From the NCBI GenBank assembly GCA_016198415.1, contig JACQIO010000013.1:1-58764 (forward strand): a DNA stretch of 58,764 nucleotides. The letters run 5' to 3'. How positions within the stretch are numbered: position 1 is the stretch's first letter; each line of letters begins with the position of its first letter. The position numbers and the translations under genes were made by a program. This document shows positions 44,939 to 56,869 of the stretch, one piece after another. Source of the DNA: Candidatus Berkelbacteria bacterium (GTDB lineage: Bacteria > Patescibacteriota > UBA1384 > JACPKC01). The notes under the pieces are model-generated. The model made no database searches. It saw only the letters and a program-made list of their open reading frames with translations, and was not told the DNA's origin.

Positions 44939-47900
44939 ATGGATCGTCGAGCGGTCGCGACGACCCCATTTCAGGTCCCACTCCCGGATCTCACGGAAAT
45001 TCAGACCTCCTCGTACGACTGGTTCTTCCGGGAGGGACTGCGTGAGCTCCTCGATGAGATCTCACCGATTGAAGACTTTACCGGTGAGAACTACACCCTC
45101 ACTCTGGGGGAGTACTCTCTCGGTCAACCCAAGATCACCGAGTTGACGGCCCGAGAGCGGAATCTCACCTACAAGGCGCCGGTCTACTGCAAGGTTGAGC
45201 TTGAGAACAAAGTGGCCAAACGGACCAAGCGCGCCGAGGTCTACCTGGGCGACTTCCCGGTCATGACCGATCGGGGTACCTTTGTGATCAATGGTGTGGA
45301 GCGCGTCGTGGTTTCTCAGATTGTCCGCTCCTACGGCGTCCTCTTTGTGTCCGACCAATCGGCCGATCGACAACTCTTTGGCGCCAAGATCATCCCATCC
45401 CGCGGTGCTTGGCTCGAACTCGAGACCTCGTCTCGCGATGTCATCTCCGTCAAGATTGATCGCAAGCGGAAGATTCCCATCACCACCTTCCTCCGCGCCA
45501 TTGGTAACCTGACCACGGAGCAAATCCGTCAAGCACTCACCGACGTCAATCTCGACGAAGAGCACCAGTACATCGAGCGGACGCTTGAGCGCGATCCCGC
45601 CAGCAATCCCGAAGAGGCACTCATCGAGGTCTACAAGCGGATTCGGCCGGGTGACCTAGTCACTCCCGAGACCGCCAAGAGCTTCCTCGAGACGCTCCTG
45701 TTTACGCCCAAGCGCTACGACCTCGGTCGGGTTGGTCGCTACAAGATGAACCAGCGACTCGGCTTGGATCATCCAGAGACGCCTGAGTTTCGGGTCCTCC
45801 GCCTCGATGACGTCCTGGAAGTGGTCAGGGAAATCATCCGGCTCAACACTGACCCGGCGGCCAAGCCAGACGACGTCGATCACCTGAAAAATCGCCGGGT
45901 CCGAGCAGTCGGCGAGCTCATCCAGGGGCGGCTCCGGGTTGGCTTGCTCCGCATGGAGCGGATCGTCAAGGACCGAATGAGCGTGGCTGATCCGGCCACG
46001 GTCACACCGGCTTCGCTCATCAACAACCGGCCGGTCCAGGCCATCCTCCAAGAGTTCTTTGCCAGCTCACAGCTCTCTCAGTTCATGAACCAAACCAATC
46101 CCCTGGCTGAGCTCGAGCACAAGCGCACCCTCAACGCCACTGGGCCGGGCGGACTGTCTCGGGAACGGGCCGGCTTCGAGGTTCGCGACGTTCACGCCTC
46201 GCACTACGGCCGGATCTGCCCCATTGAGACGCCGGAGGGACCAAATATTGGGTTGGTGGGCTACCTCGCCTCGTACGGCCGGATCAACGAGTACGGGTTC
46301 ATTGAGACGCCCTACTTCAAGGTGATCACCAAGGGGAAGCGCCGGGTGGTCAGCGAGGAGATCGTTCACTTGGATGCGTCTGCCGAAGAGCGGGTCGCGA
46401 TCGCGCCGGCCACCTCGCCGCTGGACCAGGATCGCGCCTTCACCCAAGACCGGTTCCTCGTCCGGCGCGGTGGCAAGCCGGTCCTCGAGCACGTCGATCA
46501 GATTGACTACGTGGCCGTCTCGCCGCAGCAGATCGCGGCCATCTCCCCATCACTCATCCCATTCGTTGAGAACGATGACGTCGTCCGCGCCCTGATGGGT
46601 TCCAATATGCAGCGCCAAGCCGTCCCGCTGGTTCGGCCGCAGGCGCCGCTCGTTGGGACCGGGATGGAGGAGTCAGCGGCCCGCCACTCCGGATCGATCA
46701 CGATTGCCCGTCGGGCTGGGACCGTCTCGGCGGTGGACGCCAGTGAAGTCGTCGTGGACGTCAAAGACGGTGGCAAGGTGATGCAGGATCGGTATCCCCT
46801 CCACAAGTTCATTCGTTCCAATCAAGCAACCGCCATCAACCAACGGCCAGTCGTCGCGCTGGGTGATCGGGTGACCCGGGACTCCATCCTGGCGGACGGT
46901 CCGGCCACGGATCACGGTGAACTGGCCCTGGGTCAGAACCTGCTGGTGGCATACATGTCCTACAATGGACTCAACTACGAAGACGCGGTCGTGATCTCGG
47001 ATCGATTGGTTCGCGAAGACCGACTGACGTCCATCCACATTGAGAAGTACGCCATCGAGGTCCGCGACACCAAGCTTGGACCCGAGGTGATTACCCGCGA
47101 TATCCCAAACGTCGGTGAGGATGCCCTGTCCAGCCTTGATGAGCAGGGGATTGTCCGCGTCGGCGCCGAGGTCAGCGCTGGTGACATCCTGGTTGGGAAG
47201 ATCACACCCAAGGGTGAGACCGAACTCTCGGCGGAAGAGAAGCTGCTCCGGGCGATCTTTGGTGAGAAAGCCAAGGACGTCAAAGACACCTCACTCCGCC
47301 TCCCACACGGGGAACGCGGCAAGGTGGTCGACATCAAGATTTTCTCCAAAGATGCCGGTGACGAGCTCTCAACTGGCGTCTACCAGGTGGTTGAGGTCTC
47401 GATTGCCCAGCTCCGCAAGATCTCGGTGGGTGATAAGCTGGCTGGCCGGCACGGGAACAAGGGTGTCATCGCTGCCATCCTGCCGGAAGCCGAGATGCCG
47501 TACCTCCCTGACGGTCGCCCCGTCGACATTATCCTGAACCCACTCGGCGTCGTCTCGCGTATGAACCTTGGGCAGATTCTCGAGACCCACCTGGGCTGGG
47601 CGGCGAGCACGCTTGGCACCCGGATGGTCTCACCCGTCTTCCAAGGCGTGAAGTCCCAGGAGGTGGAAGCCCTCCTGCGTGATGCCGGCTTGCCACCAAC
47701 CGGCAAGATTCGGCTGCGCGATGGCCGAACCGGTGAGGTCTTTGATCAAGAAACCACCGTCGGCTACACCTACATTCTCAAGCTGATCCACCTGGTTGAC
47801 GACAAGCTGCACGCCCGCTCGATTGGGCCGTACTCCATGGTCACCCAGCAACCTCTCGGTGGAAAGGCGCAGTTCGGTGGTCAGCGCTTTGGTGAGATGG

Positions 47901-48310
47901 AAGTCTGGGCTCTTGAGGCGTACGGGGCTGCTCACACCCTCCAGGAGCTCCTGACCATCAAATCAGACGACGTCGTTGGTCGGAGCAAGGCGTACGAGTC
48001 GATTATCCGAAACGAAGAGATTCAGAAACCCTCCATCCCGGCTTCGTTCTACGTCCTGATCCGCGAGCTGCAGAGTCTGGGACTGGACATCGAGCTCCTG
48101 GCGGCCGACGGCAACCGCGTCGACCCGAGCTCGAACGGACGTCCGCCCCGCGGTGACGCACCCGCGCTGGCTCCCAGCGCTGTCCCGGCCAAGACCGAGA
48201 TTGCCGGTGAGACCGGGGAAGTCGAAGACGAGGCCGTCACTGAGATCCTCGCCGGACAGGAGAAGAATCCGCCCAAGGCTGAGCCGGACGAAGTCGCCCC
48301 GGACGCGTAA
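44939..48310 (+). CDS. rpoB: DNA-directed RNA polymerase subunit beta
   Basis: GTFVINGVERVVVSQ, rifampicin-region FFASSQLSQFMNQTNPL, NMQRQAVPL and GGQRFGEMEVWALEAYGA. Confidence 0.96.
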   Translation: MDRRAVATTPFQVPLPDLTEIQTSSYDWFFREGLRELLDEISPIEDFTGENYTLTLGEYSLGQPKITELTARERNLTYKAPVYCKVELENKVAKRTKRAEVYLGDFPVMTDRGTFVINGVERVVVSQIVRSYGVLFVSDQSADRQLFGAKIIPSRGAWLELETSSRDVISVKIDRKRKIPITTFLRAIGNLTTEQIRQALTDVNLDEEHQYIERTLERDPASNPEEALIEVYKRIRPGDLVTPETAKSFLETLLFTPKRYDLGRVGRYKMNQRLGLDHPETPEFRVLRLDDVLEVVREIIRLNTDPAAKPDDVDHLKNRRVRAVGELIQGRLRVGLLRMERIVKDRMSVADPATVTPASLINNRPVQAILQEFFASSQLSQFMNQTNPLAELEHKRTLNATGPGGLSRERAGFEVRDVHASHYGRICPIETPEGPNIGLVGYLASYGRINEYGFIETPYFKVITKGKRRVVSEEIVHLDASAEERVAIAPATSPLDQDRAFTQDRFLVRRGGKPVLEHVDQIDYVAVSPQQIAAISPSLIPFVENDDVVRALMGSNMQRQAVPLVRPQAPLVGTGMEESAARHSGSITIARRAGTVSAVDASEVVVDVKDGGKVMQDRYPLHKFIRSNQATAINQRPVVALGDRVTRDSILADGPATDHGELALGQNLLVAYMSYNGLNYEDAVVISDRLVREDRLTSIHIEKYAIEVRDTKLGPEVITRDIPNVGEDALSSLDEQGIVRVGAEVSAGDILVGKITPKGETELSAEEKLLRAIFGEKAKDVKDTSLRLPHGERGKVVDIKIFSKDAGDELSTGVYQVVEVSIAQLRKISVGDKLAGRHGNKGVIAAILPEAEMPYLPDGRPVDIILNPLGVVSRMNLGQILETHLGWAASTLGTRMVSPVFQGVKSQEVEALLRDAGLPPTGKIRLRDGRTGEVFDQETTVGYTYILKLIHLVDDKLHARSIGPYSMVTQQPLGGKAQFGGQRFGEMEVWALEAYGAAHTLQELLTIKSDDVVGRSKAYESIIRNEEIQKPSIPASFYVLIRELQSLGLDIELLAADGNRVDPSSNGRPPRGDAPALAPSAVPAKTEIAGETGEVEDEAVTEILAGQEKNPPKAEPDEVAPDA

Positions 48311-48321
48311 AGGAGTGATCT

Positions 48322-51300
48322 ATGCACGGCACCCGACTCACCCCTAGGCGAACTGATCAACGGACACTCCGTCTGACAGACTTTGAGTCGGTCCGGATCA
48401 GCGTGGCCAGTCCTGAGAAGATCCTCCAGTGGTCCTACGGAGAAGTCCTCAAGCCCGAGACCATCAACTACCGGACGCAGAAGCCCGAGCGAGACGGCCT
48501 CTTTGACGAGCGCATCTTTGGCCCAACCAAGGACTGGGAGTGTTACTGCGGGAAGTACAAAAAGATCCGCTACCGTGGGGTCGTCTGTGATAAGTGTGGG
48601 GTTGAGGTCACCCGTTCCTCAGTCCGCCGTGAGCGAATGGGTCACATTGAGCTAGCCGCCTCGGTGGCCCACATTTGGTTCGTCCGTGGCATCCCATCGG
48701 TTCTCTCCCAACTCCTGGATCTCTCGGTCTCAGATCTAGAAAAGGTCATCTACTTTGCTGGCTTCATCGTGCTCTCCATTGACGAGGAACTCCAAGCTGA
48801 ACTCCTTGGGCAGCTCGAGCAAGAGTACGCCGAGCTGTCGGCTGCCGAGTCCACGCCTCAGGCCAGCAAAGATCTCGAAGTGGCCTACAAGGAGACCAAG
48901 CAGGAATTGACCGGTCTCAAAGACAAGATGATCCTGTCCGAGGCCCGCTACCAGCAGATCTCACTCCGGTACGGCAACGTCATCCGCGTTGGGATTGGGG
49001 CCGAGGCCATCCTGGAGCTCCTCAAGGAGATCAACATCAAGGAGAGCAAGGCTGAGCTCGAGGCCAAAATTGATCAGGCTGGCGATGCCGCCAAGCGCAA
49101 GCTCCTGAAGCGGCTGCAACTCCTCTCCGTCATGGAGTCGGCATCCATTGATCCGGTCTGGCTGGTGCTGCAGCGTCTGCCGGTGATCCCACCCGACCTT
49201 CGGCCTATGGTCCAGCTCGACGGAGGACGGTTTGCGGCCTCAGATCTCAACGATCTCTACCGGCGAGTCTTGAACCGCAACAACCGCCTGAAGAAACTCC
49301 TCGCCCAAGGGGCGCCGGAGGTGATCTGCCGGAACGAGAAGCGAATGCTCCAAGAAGCCGTCGATGCGCTGATCGACAACTCGGCCCGCCGTGGTCGGGC
49401 CGTCAGTGCCGGGGCCAGCCAGCGCCGACTCCGCTCACTCTCAGATATGCTGCGGGGGAAGCAGGGTCGATTCCGACAAAACCTCCTTGGGAAACGGGTT
49501 GACTACTCAGGCCGCTCCGTGATCGTCGTCGGTCCGGAGCTCAAACTGAACGAGTGCGGCATTCCCAAGACGATGGCCCTCGAGTTGTTCAAGCCATTCG
49601 TGATCAGCCGCCTGGTGGCGGAAGGGTTCATCCAGAACGTCAAGAACGCCTCGCGTCTCATTGAGAAGGGGGCGCCGGAGGTGTGGGATGCGCTGGAGCG
49701 GGTGACGGCCGAGAAGTTTGTCCTCCTCAATCGGGCGCCAACCCTCCATCGACTCGGCATCCAGGCCTTCCGGCCGATCCTGATTGAAGGGAAGGCGATC
49801 AAGCTCCACCCCCTCGTCTGCTAATCCTACAACGCCGACTTTGACGGTGACCAGATGGCCGTCCACGTCCCGCTCTCGACCCAGGCGCTCTGGGAGTCTC
49901 AAGAGATCATGCAGTCCTCGAAGAACCTCTTGAAACCGTCATCGGGTGAACCAGTCGTGTCACCCCGTCTCGACATGGTCTACGGCGCGTACTACCTGAC
50001 GAGCTTCCAGGACGGCACCAAAGGTGAGGGCAAGAACTTCTCCGGGAAAAACGAGGCAATCTTAGCCTACCAGATGGGGTATCTGCACCCTCGGGCCAAG
50101 ATTCGGGTCAAGATGAGTCTCCGTGAGGAGAGTGCGCCCGAGCTGGTTGAGACGTGCGTGGGACGGATTCTCTTCAACAACATCCTTCCCAAGGAGCTGC
50201 GCTTCAAGAATGCCCCAATGGATGCCAAGGCGCTCAAGCGGATCGTCCACGAGGCCTTCACCCGCCTTGGTCAGGCGGCCACCGCCGAGACCGTCGACCG
50301 GATCAAGCGGATTGGATTTGAGCACGCCCTTCGCTCCGGGATGAGCTTTGCGGCCAGTGACGTCCACATTCCAGCGGCCAAGTACGAGATCATCTCGCAA
50401 ACGAGCGCTGAGGTTGAGGCCATCCAGGAGCGGTACCGCCAGGGCCTGGCGAGTGACGAAGAGCGCCGCCTCCAGACCATCCGTCGCTGGGAGCAGGCCC
50501 GAGATGAGATCAGTCAGGAGATGCTGGCGCATTTTGACCAGAACAGCCCCGTCTACATCGCGGTCAGTTCTGGCTCTCGCGGCTCTCCAACGCAGCTCAA
50601 CCAGATGGCCGGACTCAAGGGGCTCGTGGTCAACCCCGCTGGCGACATCATTGAAACGGCCATCACCTCCAACTTCAAAGAGGGCTTGAGCGAGCTCGAG
50701 TACTTCACCTCCACCCACGCAGCCCGCAAGGGAAAGACAGACACCGCCCTGCGTACCTCGGATGCCGGGTATCTGACGCGCCGACTCGTGGACGTTGCCC
50801 AAGACGTCATCATTGCCCTGGCGGACTGTCAGTCCACCCAAGCCATGCCGATTACCCGCGCGGACACGGAGGCCCGAGAGACCTCGCTGGCCGAGCGTCT
50901 CGATGGGAGAGTGGCCGCCAAGGTCGTCAAGAGTCATGGCAAGCAACTGGTCCGACGCAACCAGGAGATCAGCGTTGAGATCGCTGCTGCCATCGAGGCC
51001 GCCGATGACATTGATCATGTGGAAGTTCGTTCGCCGCTGACGTGCCAGGCAGAGTGGGGCATGTGCCAGCTCTGCTACGGACGAGATCTTGCCACCGGTC
51101 AGCTCGTTGAGATTGGCGAAGTCGTCGGCATTACGGCGGCCCAAGCCATTGGTGAGCCTGCCACCCAGTTGACCCTGAACACCTTCCACGCCGGTGGTGT
51201 GGCTGGCGTGGACGTCACCTCCGGTCTGCCTCGGGTTGAGGAGCTCTTTGAGGCCCGCTCACCCAAGACACCGGCCGTCATGGCCGAGATTGACGGCACG

Positions 51301-52092
51301 GCGAGGATCCGAGATCGGAAAACGGGTCGGGTCATCGAGGTGGTGGCCGATCAGTCCGAGGACACCACGGTTGAGATCCCTGAAGGGTACGAGATTCTCG
51401 TCAAGACTGGCGAGGTGGTCAAGCCAAAGCAGGCCCTCGCAGCGACTCCTGGCCGGAAGGCGATTCGCACCAGCATTGGTGGGAAGGTCGGTCTCCGCGG
51501 CCGGACGGTCCGGGTGTCCGCCCTTGAGCCGGTGACGATTGAGTATCCCATCAGCGCCAGCCAGACGCTCCGGGTCAAGGATGGTGAACGAGTCACCCGG
51601 GGCACGCCACTCACCGAGGGCCACCTCGAGCTTGGGAAGATCCTCAAGTTCCGTGGTCCCGATGAGACGCAGCGCTACATCATCAACGAGGTCCAGGAGA
51701 TCTACACCTCCCAGGGACAGACCTTGAACGACAAGCACATCGAGATCATCGTCAGTCAGCAGCTGTCTCGAGTCCACGTCCTGGACGGCGGCGATACTGA
51801 GCTCCTGGGCGGCCAGATTCTCCACCGGCGACGCGTCCAGCGGGCCAACGACCGCCTCAAGAGTGGGAAGCAACCAGCCGTCGCCGATCCCGTCATTATG
51901 GGTGTGACACGCGTGGCCCTCACGACCGAGAGCTTCCTCTCCGCCGCCTCATTCCAGGAGACGACGAGCGTCCTCATTGATGCGGCGATTCGCGGTGCCG
52001 TTGATCCGCTCCGAGGACTCAAGGAGAACGTCATCATCGGTCGCCTCATCCCCGCCGGGACCGGCTTCAAGTCACGCTCGCACCAGGTTTGA
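48322..52092 (+). CDS. rpoC: DNA-directed RNA polymerase subunit beta-prime, interrupted by one in-frame TAA (49822-49824)
   Basis: ORF-track pieces 48322..49824 and 49855..52092 share one frame. Sequence reads ...[27 protein letters not shown].... Zn motif [23 protein letters not shown]; [15 protein letters not shown]. Confidence 0.9.
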
Positions 52093-52117
52093 CCTCCAGC
52101 GATTTGCCCGCTACACT
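52089..52117 (+). promoter_or_regulatory. Candidate rpsL promoter (leaderless)
   Basis: TTGACC (52089-94), 17 nt spacer, TACACT (52112-17). ATG at 52125 (7 nt gap). Confidence 0.5.
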
Positions 52118-52124
52118 GTCACCT

Positions 52125-52541
52125 ATGCCAACCGCCAATCAACTCATCCGGGCCGGCCGCCGCCAGAAGACGAGAAAGTCAAAGTCCCCGGCCCTCCACC
52201 GGAGCTTCAACTTCATCAAGAACCGGCCCATCCACTCTGACAAGGGCGCCCCGCTCAAGCGTGGGGTCTGTGTGGCAGTCAAGACGATGACGCCTAAGAA
52301 ACCAAACTCGGCACTCCGGAAGATTGCCCGCGTCCGCTTGACGAGTGGTCAGGAAGTGACCGCCTACATCCCCGGTGAAGGACACAACCTCCAGGAGCAC
52401 TCGGTGGTGCTCATTCGTGGTGGTCGAGTCAAAGATCTGCCTGGCGTCCGCTATCACGTGGTCCGGGGCGTCCTCGACACGAGTAGTGTCGACGGACGCA
52501 AGCAGTCTCGGTCAAAGTACGGCGCCAAGAGCGGCAAGTAG
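52125..52541 (+). CDS. rpsL: 30S ribosomal protein S12
   Basis: [12 protein letters not shown]..., [10 protein letters not shown] and [13 protein letters not shown]. Confidence 0.95.
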   Translation: MPTANQLIRAGRRQKTRKSKSPALHRSFNFIKNRPIHSDKGAPLKRGVCVAVKTMTPKKPNSALRKIARVRLTSGQEVTAYIPGEGHNLQEHSVVLIRGGRVKDLPGVRYHVVRGVLDTSSVDGRKQSRSKYGAKSGK

Positions 52542-52546
52542 GACGA

Positions 52547-53020
52547 ATGCGCGGCACCCGTTCAACAACCCGACGAATCCTGAAGCCTGACCAGCGCTAC
52601 GGCTCGGTGGTGGTGGCCAAGTTTATCAACACCATCATGCATGGTGGCCAGAAGCGGACCGCTGAGCAGATCGTCTACCGGGCGTTCGGCCTGGCCGAGC
52701 AGGAGCTCAAGAAACCAGCCCTCGAGGTCTTCGAGCTCGCCATCAAGAACGTGTCGCCCTTGGTTGAAGTCCGATCCAAGCGCATTGGTGGTGCTACCTA
52801 CCAGGTGCCAACCGAGGTCCGGACGGAGCGTAAAGTTGCCCTGGCGATGCGCTGGATCATTGGAGCGGCCCGGAACGCTCGGGGCAACACGATGGAACAC
52901 CGTCTGGCCGCGGAGCTGAAACTCGCCAGTGAGAGTCAAGGCGCGGCCATCGGTCAGCGGGATGCGATGCACCGAATGGCAGAAGCCAACAAGGCGTTTG
53001 CGCACTACGCGCGTTTCTAG
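52547..53020 (+). CDS. rpsG: 30S ribosomal protein S7
   Basis: [21 protein letters not shown] and [16 protein letters not shown]. Confidence 0.95.
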   Translation: MRGTRSTTRRILKPDQRYGSVVVAKFINTIMHGGQKRTAEQIVYRAFGLAEQELKKPALEVFELAIKNVSPLVEVRSKRIGGATYQVPTEVRTERKVALAMRWIIGAARNARGNTMEHRLAAELKLASESQGAAIGQRDAMHRMAEANKAFAHYARF

Positions 53021-53029
53021 CAGCGCGCC

Positions 53030-53049
53030 ATAGGTCCTCGAGGACCTAT
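53030..53049. other. Perfect 20-nt palindrome in the rpsG-fusA spacer
   Basis: ATAGGTCCTCGAGGACCTAT. AGGACCTnT-ATG occurs twice (ATG 53050 and ATG 53068). Confidence 0.5.
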
Positions 53050-53067
53050 ATGACCGATAGGACCTCT

Positions 53068-55185
53068 ATGCCCCGAGAATACCCACTCGAGAAAACCCGG
53101 AACATCGGGATTGCGGCCCACATCGATGCTGGCAAAACCACCGTCACCGAACGGATCCTTTTCTATACCGGCAAGAAGCACAAGATCGGCGAAGTCCACG
53201 AGGGCGAGGCCGAGATGGACTGGATGGAACAAGAGCGTGAGCGGGGCATCACCATCACCTCAGCCGCCACGACCGCGTTCTGGGCCCCCACCACCGATCC
53301 TGCCAACAAGCACCGCATCAACATCATCGACACCCCTGGCCACGTCGACTTCACCGTGGAGGTGGAGCGATCACTGCGGGTACTCGACGGTGCCGTCGTG
53401 GTCTTTGACGGCGTGGCTGGGGTAGAACCCCAGTCAGAGACGGTCTGGAGACAGGCTGATAAGTACCAGGTGCCGAGGATCTGCTTCATCAATAAGCTTG
53501 ATCGGACCGGTGCCGACTTCTTCCGCTCCTACCAGTCAATCCTGGATCGACTCGGTGCCAATGCCATCCCAATCCAACTCCCCATCGGGACCGAGGGCGA
53601 GTTCATGGGCCTCATCGATCTCATCCGGGAGCGATCGTATCGCTTTACCAATGAACTCGGGACCGATATTGAGGAGGGGGATGTCCCAGCGGAACTGGTT
53701 GACCAAGTGGCGACTTGGCGCGAGAAGCTCATGGAGAAGGTTGCGGAGCTCGATGACGCGCTCCTTGAAAAGTACCTGGCCGGGACACCGCTCAGCGTCG
53801 AGGAGATTATCGCCGCCCTCCGGGCCGGAACGGTGACGAATCGAATCATCCCGGTCCTGACTGGCTCGGCGCTCAAGAATAAGGGCGTCCAGCTTCTCTT
53901 GAATGCCGTGGTTGACTTCCTGCCGAGTCCGCTCGACGTCCCACCGGTCAGTGGGGTGAATCCCAAGAATCCCGATGAGTCGATTGAGCGAACCGCGAGC
54001 GATGCCGAGCCGTTCGCTGCGTTGCTCTTCAAGATCGCTGCTGACCCCTTTGTGGGCAAGCTCGCCTTCATTCGAGTCTACTCGGGCACACTCACTGCGG
54101 GGTCCTACGTGCTCAATGCCACAACGGGTTCTAAGGAGCGGATTGGCCGGATCCTCCGGATGCACGCCAACCAGCGCGAAGAGGTCAAGGAGCTCTCAGC
54201 CGGTGACATCGCTGCGGTGGTTGGGTTGAGCGGCAAAACCGGCGACACGCTCGCTGACCTCGACCACCCAGTCCTGCTGGAGAACATTACCTTCCCTGAG
54301 CCGGTCATCTCCGTGGCCGTTGAGCCAAAGTCCAAGGCAGACCAGGAGAAAATGGGCATGGCGCTCTCTCGCCTGGCGGATGAGGATCCAACCTTCCGAG
54401 TCCGAACGGATGAGGAAACGAGCCAGACGATCATTGCGGGCATGGGCGAGCTCCACCTGGAGATCATCGTCGATCGGATGAAGCGGGAGTTCAAGGTGGA
54501 GGCGACCGTTGGCCAGCCTCAGGTCGCCTATCGAGAGACCATCCGCCGCCCAGCAACGGGCGAGGGGAAGTTTATTCGCCAGACCGGTGGTCGAGGCCAG
54601 TACGGCCACGCCGTCGTCGACATTGAACCGCTGACGGAAGAGGATCGAACAGAGCATCCCGGCGAGCACTTCCTCTTTGAGAATGGGATTGTTGGTGGCG
54701 TCATCCCCAAGGAGTACATTGCGCCGGTTGAGAAGGGAATCAAGGAGGCCATGACGCGAGGCATCGTGGCTGGCTACCCAGTCATTGACCTCAAGGCCAA
54801 GCTCTACGACGGCTCCTACCACGACGTGGACTCCTCGGAGATGGCGTTCCAAGTTGCCGGATCGATGGCCTTTCAGGCCGCCGCCAAGAAAGCCGATCCC
54901 GTGCTCCTGGAGCCCGTCATGCTGGTTGAGGTCGTCACGCCGGAGGAGTTCCTCGGGGACGTCATGGGTGATCTCAATAGCAAACGAGGGCGCATCGAGG
55001 GATCAGACGATCGCGGCAATGCCAAGGTGATCCGGTCTAAGGTGCCGCTCGCCACCATGTTCGGCTACGCCACCCAGCTTCGGAGCATGACGCAGGGCCG
55101 CGCCAGCTACTCGATGGAGTTTGACCGGTACGAGGAAGTGCCGCGGAACGTCCAAGAAGAGATCGTCGCTGGCCGGACGAAGTAG
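53068..55185 (+). CDS. fusA: Elongation factor G
   Basis: [37 protein letters not shown] and FINKLDR. ATG 53068 matches the conserved N-terminus; ATG 53050 is an in-frame alternative. Confidence 0.95.
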   Translation: MPREYPLEKTRNIGIAAHIDAGKTTVTERILFYTGKKHKIGEVHEGEAEMDWMEQERERGITITSAATTAFWAPTTDPANKHRINIIDTPGHVDFTVEVERSLRVLDGAVVVFDGVAGVEPQSETVWRQADKYQVPRICFINKLDRTGADFFRSYQSILDRLGANAIPIQLPIGTEGEFMGLIDLIRERSYRFTNELGTDIEEGDVPAELVDQVATWREKLMEKVAELDDALLEKYLAGTPLSVEEIIAALRAGTVTNRIIPVLTGSALKNKGVQLLLNAVVDFLPSPLDVPPVSGVNPKNPDESIERTASDAEPFAALLFKIAADPFVGKLAFIRVYSGTLTAGSYVLNATTGSKERIGRILRMHANQREEVKELSAGDIAAVVGLSGKTGDTLADLDHPVLLENITFPEPVISVAVEPKSKADQEKMGMALSRLADEDPTFRVRTDEETSQTIIAGMGELHLEIIVDRMKREFKVEATVGQPQVAYRETIRRPATGEGKFIRQTGGRGQYGHAVVDIEPLTEEDRTEHPGEHFLFENGIVGGVIPKEYIAPVEKGIKEAMTRGIVAGYPVIDLKAKLYDGSYHDVDSSEMAFQVAGSMAFQAAAKKADPVLLEPVMLVEVVTPEEFLGDVMGDLNSKRGRIEGSDDRGNAKVIRSKVPLATMFGYATQLRSMTQGRASYSMEFDRYEEVPRNVQEEIVAGRTK

Positions 55186-55206
55186 CTCGCCCCGTGAACG
55201 GACCGG

Positions 55207-55235
55207 TTGTTCCCAGGGAGCTGGTCGGCTATACT
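55207..55235 (+). promoter_or_regulatory. Candidate tuf promoter P1
   Basis: TTGTTC (55207-12), 17 nt spacer, TATACT (55230-35). Confidence 0.4.
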
Positions 55236-55252
55236 CAATCTTCACTCCCGGT

Positions 55253-55281
55253 TTGACAGAGTGAACGAAGTTCGATAGCAT
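55253..55281 (+). promoter_or_regulatory. Candidate tuf promoter P2
   Basis: TTGACA (55253-58), 17 nt spacer, TAGCAT (55276-81). Confidence 0.45.
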
Positions 55282-55325
55282 CACGCCCGACTACTAAGGG
55301 GCGCGAGTAAGCATGAAGGAGTGCC

Positions 55326-56510
55326 ATGGCTGAAAAGTTTGCACGGACCAAGCCACACGTCAACGTTGGGACGATTGGTCACGTTGACCACGGCAAAACC
55401 ACCACCACGGCCGCGATCCTGAAGACCTTGGCCGCCAAGGGCTTCACGGCGGACAACAAGGCGGTTGATCAGATCGACAACGCACCGGAAGAGAAGGAGC
55501 GCGGGATCACGATCTCGGTGGCGCACGTCGAGTACGAGAGCGAGAAGCGCCACTACGCCCACGTCGACTGTCCGGGACATGCCGACTACGTCAAGAACAT
55601 GATCACCGGGGCGGCCCAGATGGACGGCGCCATTCTCGTGGTCTCAGCGGCCGATGGCCCGATGCCGCAGACCCGCGAGCACATTCTCTTGGCCCATCAA
55701 GTGGGCGTGCCGGAGATTGTCGTCTACCTCAACAAGTGCGATCAAGTTGACGATCCAGAGCTGCTTGATCTGGTTGAGATGGAAATTCGCGAACTCCTGA
55801 CCAAGTACGAGTACGACGGCGAGAAGGTGAAGATCATCCGCGGCTCCTCGCTCAAGGCCCTGGAAGGGGATGCGGACGCCCAGACCAAGATCATGGAGCT
55901 CGTGGCCGCACTGGACGACTCGATCCCTGAGCCAGCCCGAGAGACCGACAAACCCTTCCTCATGCCAGTCGAGGACGTCTTCTCCATTAAGGGTCGTGGG
56001 ACCGTTGCCACGGGACGCGTCGAGCGGGGCGTGGTCAAGGTCAACGACGAGATTGAGATCGTGGGCATTCGACCAACCAAGAAGGTCGTGGTGACGGGCG
56101 TCGAGATGTTCCGCAAGGAACTCGACCAAGGTCAAGCCGGTGACAACGTTGGGATCCTCCTGCGTGGCATTGAGCGCGAGGATATCGAGCGCGGCCAAGT
56201 CCTGGCCAAGCCAGGTTCGATGACCCCCCACACCGAGTTTTCGGCCGAGGTCTACATTCTGACCAAGGAAGAGGGTGGCCGACACACACCTTTCTTCAAA
56301 GGCTACAAGCCGCAGTTCTACATTCGGACGACCGACGTGACCGGCGAAGTCGAACTACCAGAGGGCACCGAGATGGTCATGCCCGGCGACACGATTACCT
56401 TTAAAGTCAAACTCCTCGTCCCCGTTGCCGTCGAGCAAGGGATGCGCTTTGCCATCCGCGAGGGCGGGAAGACCGTCGGCGCTGGCGTCGTGACTGAGAT
56501 CCAGAAGTAA
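55326..56510 (+). CDS. tuf: Elongation factor Tu
   Basis: [26 protein letters not shown] and NKCD. 394 aa. Confidence 0.97.
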   Translation: MAEKFARTKPHVNVGTIGHVDHGKTTTTAAILKTLAAKGFTADNKAVDQIDNAPEEKERGITISVAHVEYESEKRHYAHVDCPGHADYVKNMITGAAQMDGAILVVSAADGPMPQTREHILLAHQVGVPEIVVYLNKCDQVDDPELLDLVEMEIRELLTKYEYDGEKVKIIRGSSLKALEGDADAQTKIMELVAALDDSIPEPARETDKPFLMPVEDVFSIKGRGTVATGRVERGVVKVNDEIEIVGIRPTKKVVVTGVEMFRKELDQGQAGDNVGILLRGIEREDIERGQVLAKPGSMTPHTEFSAEVYILTKEEGGRHTPFFKGYKPQFYIRTTDVTGEVELPEGTEMVMPGDTITFKVKLLVPVAVEQGMRFAIREGGKTVGAGVVTEIQK

Positions 56511-56533
56511 GCCTGCTCCCGCACCTTCCCACC

Positions 56534-56869
56534 ATGGCTAAGAAGACCACGACTGACGAGCAACCGGGCCAGCGGATTCGCATCCGACTGAAGGCCTACG
56601 ACTACCGTGTCATCGATCAGTCGGCGCGTCGGATTCTTGAGACCACAAAGCGGACCGGGGCAACGGTCAACGGACCGATTCCGCTCCCAACGGAGATCAA
56701 GAAGGTGACCGTCCTCCGCTCCACGTTCAAGCACAAGGACGCCCGGGAGCAGTTTGAGCAGCGGATTCACAAGCGACTGATCGACGTCCTTAGCCCCACC
56801 CCCAAGACGATCGATGCGCTCATGAGTTTGGACCTGCCTGCGGGTGTGGATATTGAAGTCAAGACCTAG
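56534..56869 (+). CDS. rpsJ: 30S ribosomal protein S10
   Basis: [31 protein letters not shown]...PLPT...[14 protein letters not shown]. Confidence 0.95.
   Translation: MAKKTTTDEQPGQRIRIRLKAYDYRVIDQSARRILETTKRTGATVNGPIPLPTEIKKVTVLRSTFKHKDAREQFEQRIHKRLIDVLSPTPKTIDALMSLDLPAGVDIEVKT

Noticed and set aside
49822-49824. Genome-wide reassignment of TAA to a sense codon
   Set aside because: TAA ends dut, the 4813..5343 gene, thrS, rpoB and tuf exactly where the conserved proteins end. TGA and TAG also act as stops (tmk, gyrB, rpoC; dcd, gyrA, rpsL). The tRNA-Gln in the window has a normal UUG anticodon.
50062-51189. 375-aa minus-strand ORF inside rpoC
   Set aside because: It is antisense to conserved beta-prime sequence, making it a high-GC shadow ORF.
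48322-52092. rpoC as a natural two-gene split, like the cyanobacterial gamma/beta-prime arrangement
   Set aside because: The break is a single in-frame stop inside the active-site segment. The downstream piece has no start codon before NADFDGD and would lack the catalytic aspartates. Natural splits occur elsewhere in the protein.
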